NCBI GenBank assembly: GCA_016124415.1
Contig: WGNS01000052.1
Span: 1 to 53,444, forward strand
DNA length: 53,444 nt
Direction of reading: 5' to 3'
Origin: Gammaproteobacteria bacterium
GTDB taxonomy: Bacteria > Pseudomonadota > Gammaproteobacteria > SZUA-140
The position numbers and the translations under genes are program-made. Under the pieces are notes generated by a model. It saw only the letters and a program-made list of their open reading frames with translations, was not told the origin of the DNA and did no database searches. Below, one piece after another: positions 1-8,939 of the stretch (position 1 is its first letter; the number at the start of each line of letters is the position of its first letter).

Positions 1-126
1 AGCGGAATCGGCTGTACACCAGATTTGACTATAGCTCTGGTTTTGATTGAGCAAGTACCCCCCAACAATCGTAAACACCATCAGCGCGACGACGACGATT
101 ACGCCAATACGATGCTGCTTCAACAT
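1..126 (-). CDS. Partial CDS running off the left edge; N-terminal membrane anchor/signal, function unknown
   Basis: Not in ORF track. ATG at 126 preceded by GGAG; reads MLKQHRIGVIVVVALMVFTIVGGYLLNQNQSYSQIWCTADSA with no stop to position 1. Confidence 0.6.
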   Translation of the reverse strand, partial: MLKQHRIGVIVVVALMVFTIVGGYLLNQNQSYSQIWCTADSA

Positions 127-270
127 AACGGCTCCCATAAGCCTATATTCAACGGTTAATCACATGTCCGCCCCATGTGCTTTCCGTGTCGTCGCATCGT
201 GTATATCAAGCGCCCGTTCCCTGGCGAGGGCATTCTGACATTGATGGTTATCGGACACATGGCGCGCTCA

Positions 271-420
271 CTTAAGGGCACCTCGAAAAACATGCTGAAG
301 CCGCGTTCGCTACGCTGTAAACGGCCACAAAATACTCAATTGTTTGATATAGACTTCGCCTCTTCGACCACTGATGCCTTGTTCACATCGACTTGATCCG
401 TTTTTGTAGGCGGTCTTAAG
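271..420. mobile_element. Degenerate MITE-like element flanked by CTTAAG
   Basis: CTTAAG at 271-276 and 415-420; imperfect terminal inverted repeats ggcacctcgaaaaac / gtttttgtaggcggt; non-coding and AT-richer than flanks. Confidence 0.4.
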
Positions 421-559
421 GAAACGCGTCATAGAGCGCGCAAGCGCGGTTCGAGCAGACTGCGGGGTTGGGACAAAGGCGTCAGGAGTCAACGCCGACG
501 ATGGGTTTGGATGAGGTCGCTATTTCAGGTCCGCCGTTCGTCTCGGCATGTGCAGGCGA

Positions 560-1516
560 TCATGACGACACGACGTTTCTCGACTCGCCGCGTTGCCAGG
601 CCAGGATATTCTCGGCGACATCCTCGACGAGTCGCTGGCGCGACTCGCGGCTCGCCCATGCGATATGAGGCGTCACGATCAGGTTAGGGATGGACGTATC
701 AAGCAAGGGATTGCCATCTCTGGGCGGTTCGACGCTCAGAACATCGACACCCGCGCCACCCAGTCTTCCCGCGCGCAAGGCGTTGGCGAGCGCGGTTTCC
801 TCGACAATGCCGCCGCGGGCGGTATTGATCAGGATGGCCGTCGGCTTCATGAGCGCGAGCTCTGGGCCGGCGATAAGGTTTCGGGTCTGTTCCGTCAGCG
901 GACAATGCAGGCTCAGGACGTCGACGCGGGGCAACAGATCGGCCAGTGCGATCCGGTCCGGCCCGGGTATCGTTCCCGGACGCGCGGCGATCGATACCTC
1001 CATACCGAAGGCCCTTGCAACTCCGGCCACCGCGTGACCCAGTTCGCCGTAGCCGACGATACCGAGCACCTTGCCGGCCAGCTCCGTGATCGGAAAGTCG
1101 AGCAGACAAAAATCGGGACTGGTTTGCCACCGACCGCCGGTGACGGCGGCGCGATAATCGGATTGGCGGGTCACCAGCGACAACAGCAGGGAAAATACAT
1201 GCTGAGTCACCGACGGCGTTGCATAGCCGCGCGCGTTGGTTACGGTCACGCCGTGGCGTGCAGCGGCCTCAAGGTCGACGTTATTGGTCCCCGTCGCGGC
1301 GACACAGACGAGCCTAAGTTCGGGACAAGCGGCGAAACAGTCTTCGTCGATCCGAACCTTGTTGGATACCGCGACCACGGCTCCGCGCAGGCGCTCGATG
1401 CGCTGTGCGGACGTGGTACGCGGATAGTGCGTCCATTCGACATCGGCGCGCTCAAGCGCCGTGAGGTCCAGATCCCCGGTATCGAAGGTCTCCTCGTCGA
1501 GGATGACACCCTTCAT
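560..1516 (-). CDS. D-2-hydroxyacid dehydrogenase (glycerate dehydrogenase / hydroxypyruvate reductase-like)
   Basis: GIVGYGELG Rossmann motif, LHCPLT, INTARGG, DVLSVEP and TPHIAW family motifs. Confidence 0.9.
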   Translation of the reverse strand: MKGVILDEETFDTGDLDLTALERADVEWTHYPRTTSAQRIERLRGAVVAVSNKVRIDEDCFAACPELRLVCVAATGTNNVDLEAAARHGVTVTNARGYATPSVTQHVFSLLLSLVTRQSDYRAAVTGGRWQTSPDFCLLDFPITELAGKVLGIVGYGELGHAVAGVARAFGMEVSIAARPGTIPGPDRIALADLLPRVDVLSLHCPLTEQTRNLIAGPELALMKPTAILINTARGGIVEETALANALRAGRLGGAGVDVLSVEPPRDGNPLLDTSIPNLIVTPHIAWASRESRQRLVEDVAENILAWQRGESRNVVSS

Positions 1517-1540
1517 GGAACGATGGCGGCTGCGCCGCCC

Positions 1541-2785
1541 TTACTTTTCGCCCCCGGCCTTTGCCTGATCCTCGGCATGCTCATGCGAATGACCGTGATC
1601 GTCATGATGGTGATGATGATCGTGATCATGCGAGTGGTCGTGATCGTGGCTGTGGTCGTGATCGTGATGATGATCGTGGTCGTGACTATGGTCGTGGTCG
1701 TGGTGATGGTGGTCGTGATCATGATCGTGGGTGTGACCATCGTGATCGTGATCGTGGGTGTGACCGCCGTGATCGTGGTGGTGATGATCATGGGTGTGGT
1801 CATCGGGACCGTGACTATGCGGCACGCCGATATCGCCATGATCGCCATGCGTGTGGTGATCGTCGTCGTGGAAGTGGTCCGCGCCGACATCTTCGTGCAG
1901 GTGGCCGTGTTCATGGTCATGGGCGTGCAAGTGAACATGGATATGGCCGTCGGCACCGTGCGCGTGACGATGCGCGTGCAGGAACCCGCCGATGATGCGG
2001 CGATGCTCGTCGTCCATTTCCTGCTCGTGCAGGATGCCGTGCAGGAGTTCATGCGTCATGAGGGCGAGCGGCATTTCGAGCTTGTTCTCCTCGAGCAGAT
2101 GACGGTCGTAGAGGATTTCGGACGTTGGGCCGTCGGCCACGATCTTGCCGTCGACGAGCAGCAAACAACGGCTGCACACCTCGAGCGCGATGTCGAGATC
2201 GTGCGTACACAAGAGGATGGTCTTGTCCGTCTCTTTAAGCCACGTAATCAGGTTACGGCGGTTCAGCGGGTCCATATTGGTCGACGGTTCGTCGAAGACC
2301 AGGATCTCGGGCTGATAGGACAACACGGTCGCGAGCGCCAGACGTTTGCGCTCGCCGAACGACAGATGGAAAGAGGAACGTTCCTCGAAGCCTTCCAATC
2401 CGACGACCTGGAGCGCCTCAGCGACACGGCTCTCAATCTCATCCTTGGGCAAACCCAGGTTCAGCGGGCCGAAGGCGACGTCGTCGAATACGGTCGGACA
2501 AAAAAGCTGGTCGTCGGGGTCCTGAAACACGATGCCGACGCGGCGGCGGATATCGTTCAGATTGTCCTTCCGAACCTCGATACCGTCGATGGAGACCTTG
2601 CCGCTGCTTGCGATCTGGACGCCGTTCAGGTGACCCATGAAGGTTGACTTGCCGGCGCCGTTGGGCCCGATCAGAGCGACCTTTTCGCCCGGCGCGATCC
2701 GACAGGTCAGCCCTTTGAGCACGTGATGCCCGTCCGGGTAGCTGAAGCTGACGTCCTGCACATCGATCATGTATTTATCCGCCAT
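1541..2785 (-). CDS. cbiO: ECF transporter ATPase (CbiO/NikO) with long His/Asp-rich C-terminal tail
   Basis: Walker A GPNGAGKST, Q-loop FQDPDDQ, signature LSFGE, Walker B LVFDEP, THD; follows cbiM-cbiQ. Confidence 0.92.
   Translation of the reverse strand: MADKYMIDVQDVSFSYPDGHHVLKGLTCRIAPGEKVALIGPNGAGKSTFMGHLNGVQIASSGKVSIDGIEVRKDNLNDIRRRVGIVFQDPDDQLFCPTVFDDVAFGPLNLGLPKDEIESRVAEALQVVGLEGFEERSSFHLSFGERKRLALATVLSYQPEILVFDEPSTNMDPLNRRNLITWLKETDKTILLCTHDLDIALEVCSRCLLLVDGKIVADGPTSEILYDRHLLEENKLEMPLALMTHELLHGILHEQEMDDEHRRIIGGFLHAHRHAHGADGHIHVHLHAHDHEHGHLHEDVGADHFHDDDHHTHGDHGDIGVPHSHGPDDHTHDHHHHDHGGHTHDHDHDGHTHDHDHDHHHHDHDHSHDHDHHHDHDHSHDHDHSHDHDHHHHHDDHGHSHEHAEDQAKAGGEK
1590..1830. repeat. Low-complexity tandem 6-mer repeats (gtgatc/gtggtc/gtgatg) encoding the HD/HH tail
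   Basis: Visible tandem hexamers; translate on the minus strand to (HD)n/(HS)n. Boundaries approximate. Confidence 0.8.
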
Positions 2786-2804
2786 CGGAATGATTCCTCT
2801 TCAA

Positions 2805-3593
2805 TTAATACCAGGCCTTCACGGCCTGATGAAAATAACCGCCAAAATCCAGCGCCAGCAGGGCGACCATCAAAATCAGCGTCGCCAAGGACTTGATGAA
2901 ATCGGTCGCGTCCGACGAGAAGGTCACGAGGGTATGGAACTCGCCCTGATAGCCCTTCGAGAGCATGGCCTTGAAGACCCGCTCGGTGCGCTCGAAGCTG
3001 CGCACGAGCAAGGTGCCGACGAAATTGCCGTAGGTCCTGAGCGTATAGCCGTCCGTCCTCGGAATAAAACCCCGCGCGCGCATCGACGTCTGCATGCGCC
3101 GCATCTCCTCGAGGAAAACGAACGTGTAGCGGTAGGTGAATAGCAGCATCTGCACGATGACCTTCGGACACTTGAGATGCTGCAATGCGATCATCGAGAT
3201 ATCGAAACGGCTCGTGCCGAAACAGACGAAGCTGCACAACACGATCGAAATGGCCTTGAGGAAGATCAGGGTCGCGAGCCGCAAACCCTCCCAGGCGAAC
3301 GGCAGGCCCAACACATGCATGGCAGCCTCGCCCGGATAGGTCATCGGCATGATGATGAAGAAGGGCACCAGAAAGATCGTCACGAAGGAAAGTCCGTGCC
3401 CGATAAACCCGAAGGGCAAACCGCTCAGGACGACCAGAACGATCGACAACGCCAGCGCAAGCACCGACACCGGCAAGGTCTTGACGAGGGCGATGCCCAG
3501 GATGAGCAGGCCCAAGGCGCCGATCTTGAAACGTGGGTCCCAACGCTGGATCGGCGACGACACATGGGCATAACGGTCTATATCAAGCGGCAT
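2805..3593 (-). CDS. cbiQ: ECF transporter transmembrane T component (CbiQ/NikQ)
   Basis: WDPRFK N-terminus, SMRARGF and RSFERTERVFKAMLSKGY motifs. Confidence 0.92.
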   Translation of the reverse strand: MPLDIDRYAHVSSPIQRWDPRFKIGALGLLILGIALVKTLPVSVLALALSIVLVVLSGLPFGFIGHGLSFVTIFLVPFFIIMPMTYPGEAAMHVLGLPFAWEGLRLATLIFLKAISIVLCSFVCFGTSRFDISMIALQHLKCPKVIVQMLLFTYRYTFVFLEEMRRMQTSMRARGFIPRTDGYTLRTYGNFVGTLLVRSFERTERVFKAMLSKGYQGEFHTLVTFSSDATDFIKSLATLILMVALLALDFGGYFHQAVKAWY

Positions 3594-3629
3594 GCTTAAT
3601 CCCCTGAAGGTAGGAAATCATTGTAGGCG

Positions 3630-4253
3630 TCACTCGCCCGCGGCTTGCGGACGTTCGCCGGCCAGCACGTCGGGTTTGACGCGTTTCAGGAACCCTGCAC
3701 AAGCGCCGACGACAATGGCCTCGGTGATCATGATCGGAATATGCATGGCCAGCGCGTAACCGGCGGTCGCGAAGAACTCCTCACCGGTCGTGACCAACGC
3801 AAGCGCCAGGATGATACCCGAGCTGATCGTTCCGGTCGCGCCCGCGAGCGCACCGAATATGACCTCTTTCTTTGGCATATTGAAACGGTGGCGCTGCTGC
3901 CAAACGCCGTAAGCGACGAGTCCGCCGCCACCTAGCATCAGCGTGTTGATACCGATCACGGAGACGCCGCCGTGACCGAACAATATCGCCTGAAGCACGA
4001 TTCCGAGCAATATCGCCGGGAAGGCGCGCATTCCGAGCACGACACCGACAAGCCCGTTCAAAATCAGGTGCACGCTGGTCGGCCCGACGGGCACGTGGAT
4101 CAGCGATGCCACGAAAAAGACCGAAGTGATGACCGCGATCTTGGGCACCTCTTCCATATCCATCTTGCGCAAGGTGGCCGCGGCCAGGATGCCGGTGCCG
4201 ACAAAACCCGTGGCCAGCACGGGAGCGGAAAGGATACCGTCAGAAATATGCAT
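3630..4253 (-). CDS. cbiM: ECF substrate-binding component CbiM/NikM
   Basis: N-terminal MHISDG metal-binding motif; SVHLILNGLVG; multiple TM helices. Confidence 0.92.
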   Translation of the reverse strand: MHISDGILSAPVLATGFVGTGILAAATLRKMDMEEVPKIAVITSVFFVASLIHVPVGPTSVHLILNGLVGVVLGMRAFPAILLGIVLQAILFGHGGVSVIGINTLMLGGGGLVAYGVWQQRHRFNMPKKEVIFGALAGATGTISSGIILALALVTTGEEFFATAGYALAMHIPIMITEAIVVGACAGFLKRVKPDVLAGERPQAAGE

Positions 4254-4319
4254 ATTTGATCCTTATCTAGTTTCGCATTTCGGAACAAACCGTTTATTCA
4301 CTCGTCGCAACTCCGTCGC

Positions 4320-4601
4320 TCAGAGCTCCAATCCCAGGTCGATGAACGCAGGATTCAGGCGACGGGCGGAACCGATATAGATCGGGATCGTGATGATCTT
4401 GGGCACATGCCGCATTGAGTCCCCCGCCCGCCCCGACTGAAGCTCCGAGAACTGGTGACAGGCCTCGAGCACCACGGTGGCGTCATCTTCCAACACTTCC
4501 ACCAACTTACATTTGACGCTTTTATAGATGACGCGGCTACCCACTTGCTTGCGAAGCCGCTCGAAATCTATCGGCTGCGATCCTTCCGTCATATCCGACA
4601 T
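4320..4601 (-). CDS. Small soluble hypothetical protein inside the Ni/Co operon
   Basis: 93-aa ORF co-oriented and filling the gap between nikL-like and cbiM. Confidence 0.65.
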   Translation of the reverse strand: MSDMTEGSQPIDFERLRKQVGSRVIYKSVKCKLVEVLEDDATVVLEACHQFSELQSGRAGDSMRHVPKIITIPIYIGSARRLNPAFIDLGLEL

Positions 4602-4707
4602 CGCAACACCTCACGATACACAAATAAACTTATCGGCAGATTGATCGTCCGTGACCAGCCTCTCCGTCCCTAAAATCGCCCTGAAGTCGCTCGCACGACC
4701 AAGACAA

Positions 4708-5340
4708 CTATGTCTTTTTGTTGCCGCCCTCGCGAAGCTTGCGCGCCTGAAGGAAGAAATACACGCCCAGGAAGCCGCCGATGATGCCGATACCGCCGAC
4801 GATGTCACTGACGCCCCGACGCTCCTTGAGCTCGGACAGCCCTCTGACCACCGGCATGACGGCCTCGCCGACCTCGCGACGGACAATGCGACGCAAAGCG
4901 GCCTCATCGACCCCGGCCATGCCGCCTCCCGACACGGCGGCGCCGGCTTCGGGTGCGGGCGCCGTTGCCGCCTTAGCGGCCGGCTCGGCCGTACCCGGCT
5001 CGCCCGCCATCTCCGCCGCCTTGAGGATATATTCGGCCTTGTGGCCCATGCTGGCCGTCAAGGTGATGCGCAGATCGCCCTTGATCTTGGGCACCGGGAA
5101 GGTCACTTCGCCTTTGTCGTTGGTCGTGCCCGACCAGAGCGTTTTACCCTGCTCGTCGAACGCCTCAACCTTACTGTTCAACGCCTTCTTGCCATCCGCG
5201 AAATAGCCTTCAAGGAAGACCTGATCGCCCTCGACGTAGGCAAACATGCTGACCTTATGGGCCATGGCCAATGCCGGAGCGCCTAGCATGACGATCAATA
5301 ACACCAGCGTCTTCACGTATCGTATCACCGAGATGTTCAT
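4708..5340 (-). CDS. NikL/CbiL-like accessory component (signal peptide, periplasmic domain, C-terminal TM)
   Basis: AHKVSMFAYVEG after signal peptide; GHKAEY; C-terminal DIVGGIGIIGG helix; position in the operon. Confidence 0.75.
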   Translation of the reverse strand: MNISVIRYVKTLVLLIVMLGAPALAMAHKVSMFAYVEGDQVFLEGYFADGKKALNSKVEAFDEQGKTLWSGTTNDKGEVTFPVPKIKGDLRITLTASMGHKAEYILKAAEMAGEPGTAEPAAKAATAPAPEAGAAVSGGGMAGVDEAALRRIVRREVGEAVMPVVRGLSELKERRGVSDIVGGIGIIGGFLGVYFFLQARKLREGGNKKT

Positions 5341-5389
5341 AAGTATCCCCACTATATCCTAATCAAGGTTTCGGACAAGCTTCAGAGAC

Positions 5390-5431
5390 GGAAAAGGCGC
5401 GTTGACCGATCACCCGATCAGGCAACGCGCC
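5390..5431 (-). terminator. Intrinsic terminator after the DUF4198 gene
   Basis: ggcgcgttg / caacgcgcc stem followed by TTTT on the minus strand. Confidence 0.65.
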
Positions 5432-5451
5432 ACCGATTTCCGAGGCGACGA

Positions 5452-6252
5452 CTACTTCATGTCGTGCGTCTTGACCCAGAGCACTGCGCCAATCTCGATG
5501 GGATAGTCCTTACCCTCGTGGCGAATGGTCTTGTCATCCTCGTTGAGGGCGGCGAAACCCCACCATCCACTCTTTGGCATCGCATAGGTGAAGACACCGT
5601 TGGCATCAGCCTTGACGACTTGAGTAACCATTGGGGAAGCATCGACCTCCATCTTGCCGTCGGCGAAGTATTCCACTTCTACCTCGGTACCCGGCATGGG
5701 CTTGCCGTTAACGAGCACCTGGCCCTGGAAGACGTTATTCGTGTACAGGCCGTACGGACGGGTCAGCGGCACGATTTCGGTCTTGAGGCCGACCGGCTTG
5801 TCCCAGCCCTCTTCGAGGCCGAAGCCGTTGACCACGACCTTGGTGTAGTGAACGATAAAGGTATCCTCGGCCGGCTCCCAATAGGGCTTGGGCACCATAT
5901 AGAAGGTATGGTCGCCTGGGCCGCGGAACTTGTAGTTAGCCTCGAAGATATCCCTCTTGGCTCCGGTCACATCCTTGCGCTTGGCAGGTTTCAGCGACGA
6001 CAGCAGATCATGCTTCTCGCCGTCCGATGTCATGACCCCGAAGGCCTCCGGCTTGACCAGATTCATACCCTGTCCTTCAAAGGGATGCCAGAACATGGCA
6101 TCGAGCTTGAGGGTACGGGACTCACCATTCATGACCATGTCATCCGAAGGGATCAGCATGCCGAAGTGGGCCTGGGCCTGCATGCTGACCGCGAGACCGG
6201 CGGCCATGGTCGTCATCAGGGAATACTTGCGAATTTTGGATACTGTGTTCAT
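5452..6252 (-). CDS. DUF4198 / NikK-like periplasmic protein
   Basis: Signal peptide ending AQA|HFGMLIP; PYWEPAED; EIVPLTRPY; GWWGFAAL. Confidence 0.85.
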   Translation of the reverse strand: MNTVSKIRKYSLMTTMAAGLAVSMQAQAHFGMLIPSDDMVMNGESRTLKLDAMFWHPFEGQGMNLVKPEAFGVMTSDGEKHDLLSSLKPAKRKDVTGAKRDIFEANYKFRGPGDHTFYMVPKPYWEPAEDTFIVHYTKVVVNGFGLEEGWDKPVGLKTEIVPLTRPYGLYTNNVFQGQVLVNGKPMPGTEVEVEYFADGKMEVDASPMVTQVVKADANGVFTYAMPKSGWWGFAALNEDDKTIRHEGKDYPIEIGAVLWVKTHDMK

Positions 6253-6304
6253 TTCATACTCCGGAAATGGCTAGTTTGACGTATGTCCTTTTATCGGGGA
6301 CGAC

Positions 6305-7525
6305 TTAGAAGTTGAGCTGACCGCGCAAGCCGTAGACCGTAACGGATCCACGATCGGCATCGCCGCCGTTGTTGCTGATGACCTGTACGTCCGGCGTCAG
6401 CGTGAAGTGATCGGAAATGCCGATCTTGTAGTAGAGTTCGGTGTGAGACTCATCATCCTGATTCGTCACGCCCATCTGACTCTTGATGAAGGGGTCCTTG
6501 TTGACCTTGATCACACCGTAGCCGATTCCGAACGCATCGTCCTCGCGACCCCAGTTGGCACCGCTGGCCGACGCGCCCAGACTCCAGACCGACTCGACGG
6601 TGTTTTCGGCTAGATCGCTCTTCTGGCTCGAATAGCGGGCGAATACGCCCATCTCATTCGGCAGCGCCTGATCGAAGCTGATACCCCAGGCCGTATTCGA
6701 GGAAACCGTACCGATAATATTGCCGTTGGCGTCCACGCTGGCACCTGCGATCTTGTGGAAGCGGCGCTGATCCTGAATCACATAGAAGCGGTAATTGCCT
6801 TCCAGACCGCCGAAGCCGGGTTTGACGTTGGCCTGTACGACACCATACGGGCGATTGCCGAAGGCATCAAAACCGGCACCGTTGCCGTTGGCCAGGATCA
6901 CGGTAAGGTCCAGGTTATCGGTAGCGGCCATGTTCACGGCTATGCCCGGGGCATAGTAGCGATCCAGCTCCCCATAACTCGTGCCGGGCGAACGCGTGAA
7001 GATGGCCGACATGAACTGGTCGGTCTCATCGTTGGCATAGGCGTTGTCATCATACATGCTGTGGACGTCGAGCTTACCAAAGTCAACGACGAGCTTTTCG
7101 TCCATGTATTCGCCTTCGTAGTACAACTGCGAGAGGTTTGGCGAGTTGCTATCGGTCACACCGTTGGTCGTATCGGTTGCAAAGATATCGGTCACAAAGG
7201 CGTCGTAGTTGGCTGTCGATAGCGAACCGAGCCGGCTATCCACGCCGTGACCGTTACCGGCCTCGAAGGCAGCGATGACCTTGCCGCTGTTACTGACCCT
7301 GGCCTCGATGCTCAAATCAAAGGAATAGGTCAAATCAAGGGCATCGCCGTTGCCGTTGTCGTTACCGTCGGTCCCCTGCAGGAACCAGGTCACGCCCCCC
7401 TCAATACCGAGTCCGGCTACATGATGCGTAATCAGATGACCGCCCTCTTCCTCACCGTCGTGGGCAAAGGCTCCCCCCGAGAACATCGCAAGCGTAGCGG
7501 CTACCGGCAATACCATTTTTTTCAT
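6305..7525 (-). CDS. Outer-membrane porin (OprB/carbohydrate-porin-like beta-barrel), first gene of the metal-uptake operon
   Basis: Signal peptide AFA|HDG; amphipathic beta strands; TLTPDVQ; C-terminal Phe (GLRGQLNF). Start set at 7525 (GGAG upstream). Confidence 0.8.
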   Translation of the reverse strand: MKKMVLPVAATLAMFSGGAFAHDGEEEGGHLITHHVAGLGIEGGVTWFLQGTDGNDNGNGDALDLTYSFDLSIEARVSNSGKVIAAFEAGNGHGVDSRLGSLSTANYDAFVTDIFATDTTNGVTDSNSPNLSQLYYEGEYMDEKLVVDFGKLDVHSMYDDNAYANDETDQFMSAIFTRSPGTSYGELDRYYAPGIAVNMAATDNLDLTVILANGNGAGFDAFGNRPYGVVQANVKPGFGGLEGNYRFYVIQDQRRFHKIAGASVDANGNIIGTVSSNTAWGISFDQALPNEMGVFARYSSQKSDLAENTVESVWSLGASASGANWGREDDAFGIGYGVIKVNKDPFIKSQMGVTNQDDESHTELYYKIGISDHFTLTPDVQVISNNGGDADRGSVTVYGLRGQLNF

Positions 7526-7569
7526 GTTGCACTTCTCCATTAACACGATTGTCTATTCAGTAAATTTCA

Positions 7570-7596
7570 GTATGAACATCTAAACGGAAATCTTAT
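7570..7596. promoter_or_regulatory. Second, weaker NikR-like site
   Basis: GTATGA-N15-TCTTAT, same spacing as the main site. Confidence 0.35.
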
Positions 7597-7647
7597 GGCG
7601 TCCTATAAATTCGGCAGTTTTTATTAGGACTTAAACGGGTGTATTCC

Positions 7648-7674
7648 GTATGACGATTAAATAATACCTCATAC
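7648..7674. promoter_or_regulatory. NikR-like operator
   Basis: Perfect GTATGA-N15-TCATAC with AT-rich spacer; E. coli NikR consensus is GTATGA-N16-TCATAC. Confidence 0.7.
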
Positions 7675-7689
7675 ACTTCGCGTATGCAA
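7661..7689 (-). promoter_or_regulatory. Sigma70 promoter of the Ni/Co operon
   Basis: TTGCAT-N17-TATTAT on the minus strand; the -10 lies inside the operator. Confidence 0.6.
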
Positions 7690-7855
7690 CCAAACAGGAC
7701 TGATTTAACCGCTCTTCAGGAAGCAATAAGACTCGAAGCCGCGCGAAAGGGCTTGCCGATCCCCATCGGATTGAATAGAATGTCGCGTTCTCGCGCAGGG
7801 CCTGTCCGCCCGCGCGCACGGACCGCAAGGACCAACAGCAACAATTGAGAGGAAA

Positions 7856-8068
7856 ATGGCGATGAAGCCCGAGATTCATCCGGCATACAACGAGATCACC
7901 GTGAACTGCAGCTGCGGCAACACCTTCAAGACCCGCTCGACGGCCGGACGCGACTTGAACCTGGACGTCTGTTCCAAGTGTCATCCGTTCTACACCGGTA
8001 AGCAGAAGCTCGTCGACACGGCCGGTCGTGTGGACAAGTTCCGACAGAAGTACGGCTTCAAGGGATAA
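7856..8068 (+). CDS. rpmE: 50S ribosomal protein L31 (zinc-binding type)
   Basis: [26 protein letters not shown]. Confidence 0.97.
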   Translation: MAMKPEIHPAYNEITVNCSCGNTFKTRSTAGRDLNLDVCSKCHPFYTGKQKLVDTAGRVDKFRQKYGFKG

Positions 8069-8095
8069 TCCCGAGACCGCTTCTGATTCGAGATG

Positions 8096-8123
8096 CAGGC
8101 GCCCCAGCGGCGCCTGTTTCATT
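8096..8123 (+). terminator. Intrinsic terminator after rpmE
   Basis: caggcgcc-ccagc-ggcgcctg then tttcatt. Confidence 0.7.
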
Positions 8124-8939
8124 ATGGGCTTCGTGAAACATTTCGTTCGGGTCCTCCTTGCCGCCGCACTGGGCGTTGCCTCGCACCAGTCCCTGGTCTT
8201 CGCTGCCTGCCCGCAGCCCCGCATCGATGAAACCGCCAAGGTCGCCTACGTCTACGACGGCGATACGGTCCGCCTCAAAGACGGACGCCATATTCGGCTG
8301 ATCGGTATCAATACACCCGAACTCGCGCACAAAAGCAAGCACCGCCCCACATCCGAGCCGACCCAGGACGAACCGCTTGCGCGGAAAGCACGCCAAGCGG
8401 TTATCCGCCTGCTCGGGGATTCAGGCAAGATAGGCCTACAATTCGGCGAGGACCGTGAGGACCGCTATCACCGCGCGCTCGCCCATATCTTTCTCGCCGA
8501 CGGCAGCAGTCTCGAAATCCATCTCCTGGAGGCGGGTCTTGCGACCACGATCGCCATCCCGCCCAACATAGCCCGCCTTGACTGCTATCTGGTGGCCGAG
8601 CGACAGGCGCGGAAAAGTGGTCTGGGCATCTGGCGCGATCCCTACTACCGGCCGCTCGCGGCCGCTTCGGTCACGAGCGGCAATCGCGGTTATCATCGGG
8701 TGCGCGGAATCGTCGAGCACGTCGGCCGTAGCCGCAAATCCGTCTGGCTCGACTTCACCGGTGGTTTTTCGGCCCGCATCCCGTTGAAGGACCTGACCTA
8801 TTTCGGGGGCATCCGGCCCGAGCACTGGCTGAAACGTGAAATCACGGTGCGCGGCTGGATCTCGTCTTATCGTGGCGAGGCGCTCATGACGATCCGGCAT
8901 CCGGCCCAGATAGAGACTGACGATGACGACGAACGATGA
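8124..8939 (+). CDS. Exported thermonuclease (SNase) family protein with C-terminal OB-like domain
   Basis: VYDGDT, IRLIGINTPE, DRYHRALAHI, ARKSGLGIW; signal-like N-terminus from ATG 8124. Confidence 0.85.
   Translation: MGFVKHFVRVLLAAALGVASHQSLVFAACPQPRIDETAKVAYVYDGDTVRLKDGRHIRLIGINTPELAHKSKHRPTSEPTQDEPLARKARQAVIRLLGDSGKIGLQFGEDREDRYHRALAHIFLADGSSLEIHLLEAGLATTIAIPPNIARLDCYLVAERQARKSGLGIWRDPYYRPLAAASVTSGNRGYHRVRGIVEHVGRSRKSVWLDFTGGFSARIPLKDLTYFGGIRPEHWLKREITVRGWISSYRGEALMTIRHPAQIETDDDDER

Noticed and set aside
1590-1830. Tandem repeats as a possible CRISPR array
   Set aside because: Hexamer-scale coding repeats without unique spacers; no cas genes.
593-2647. 684-aa + strand ORF with Val/Met/Ile-rich stretch
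   Set aside because: Antisense shadow of the dehydrogenase and cbiO; the VIV repeats are the reverse complement of the His/Asp codons.
7547-7855. Cobalamin riboswitch ahead of the cbi-like operon
   Set aside because: No B12-box or GGGAA/GCCACTG-type core seen; the region is AT-rich and holds a NikR-like operator instead.
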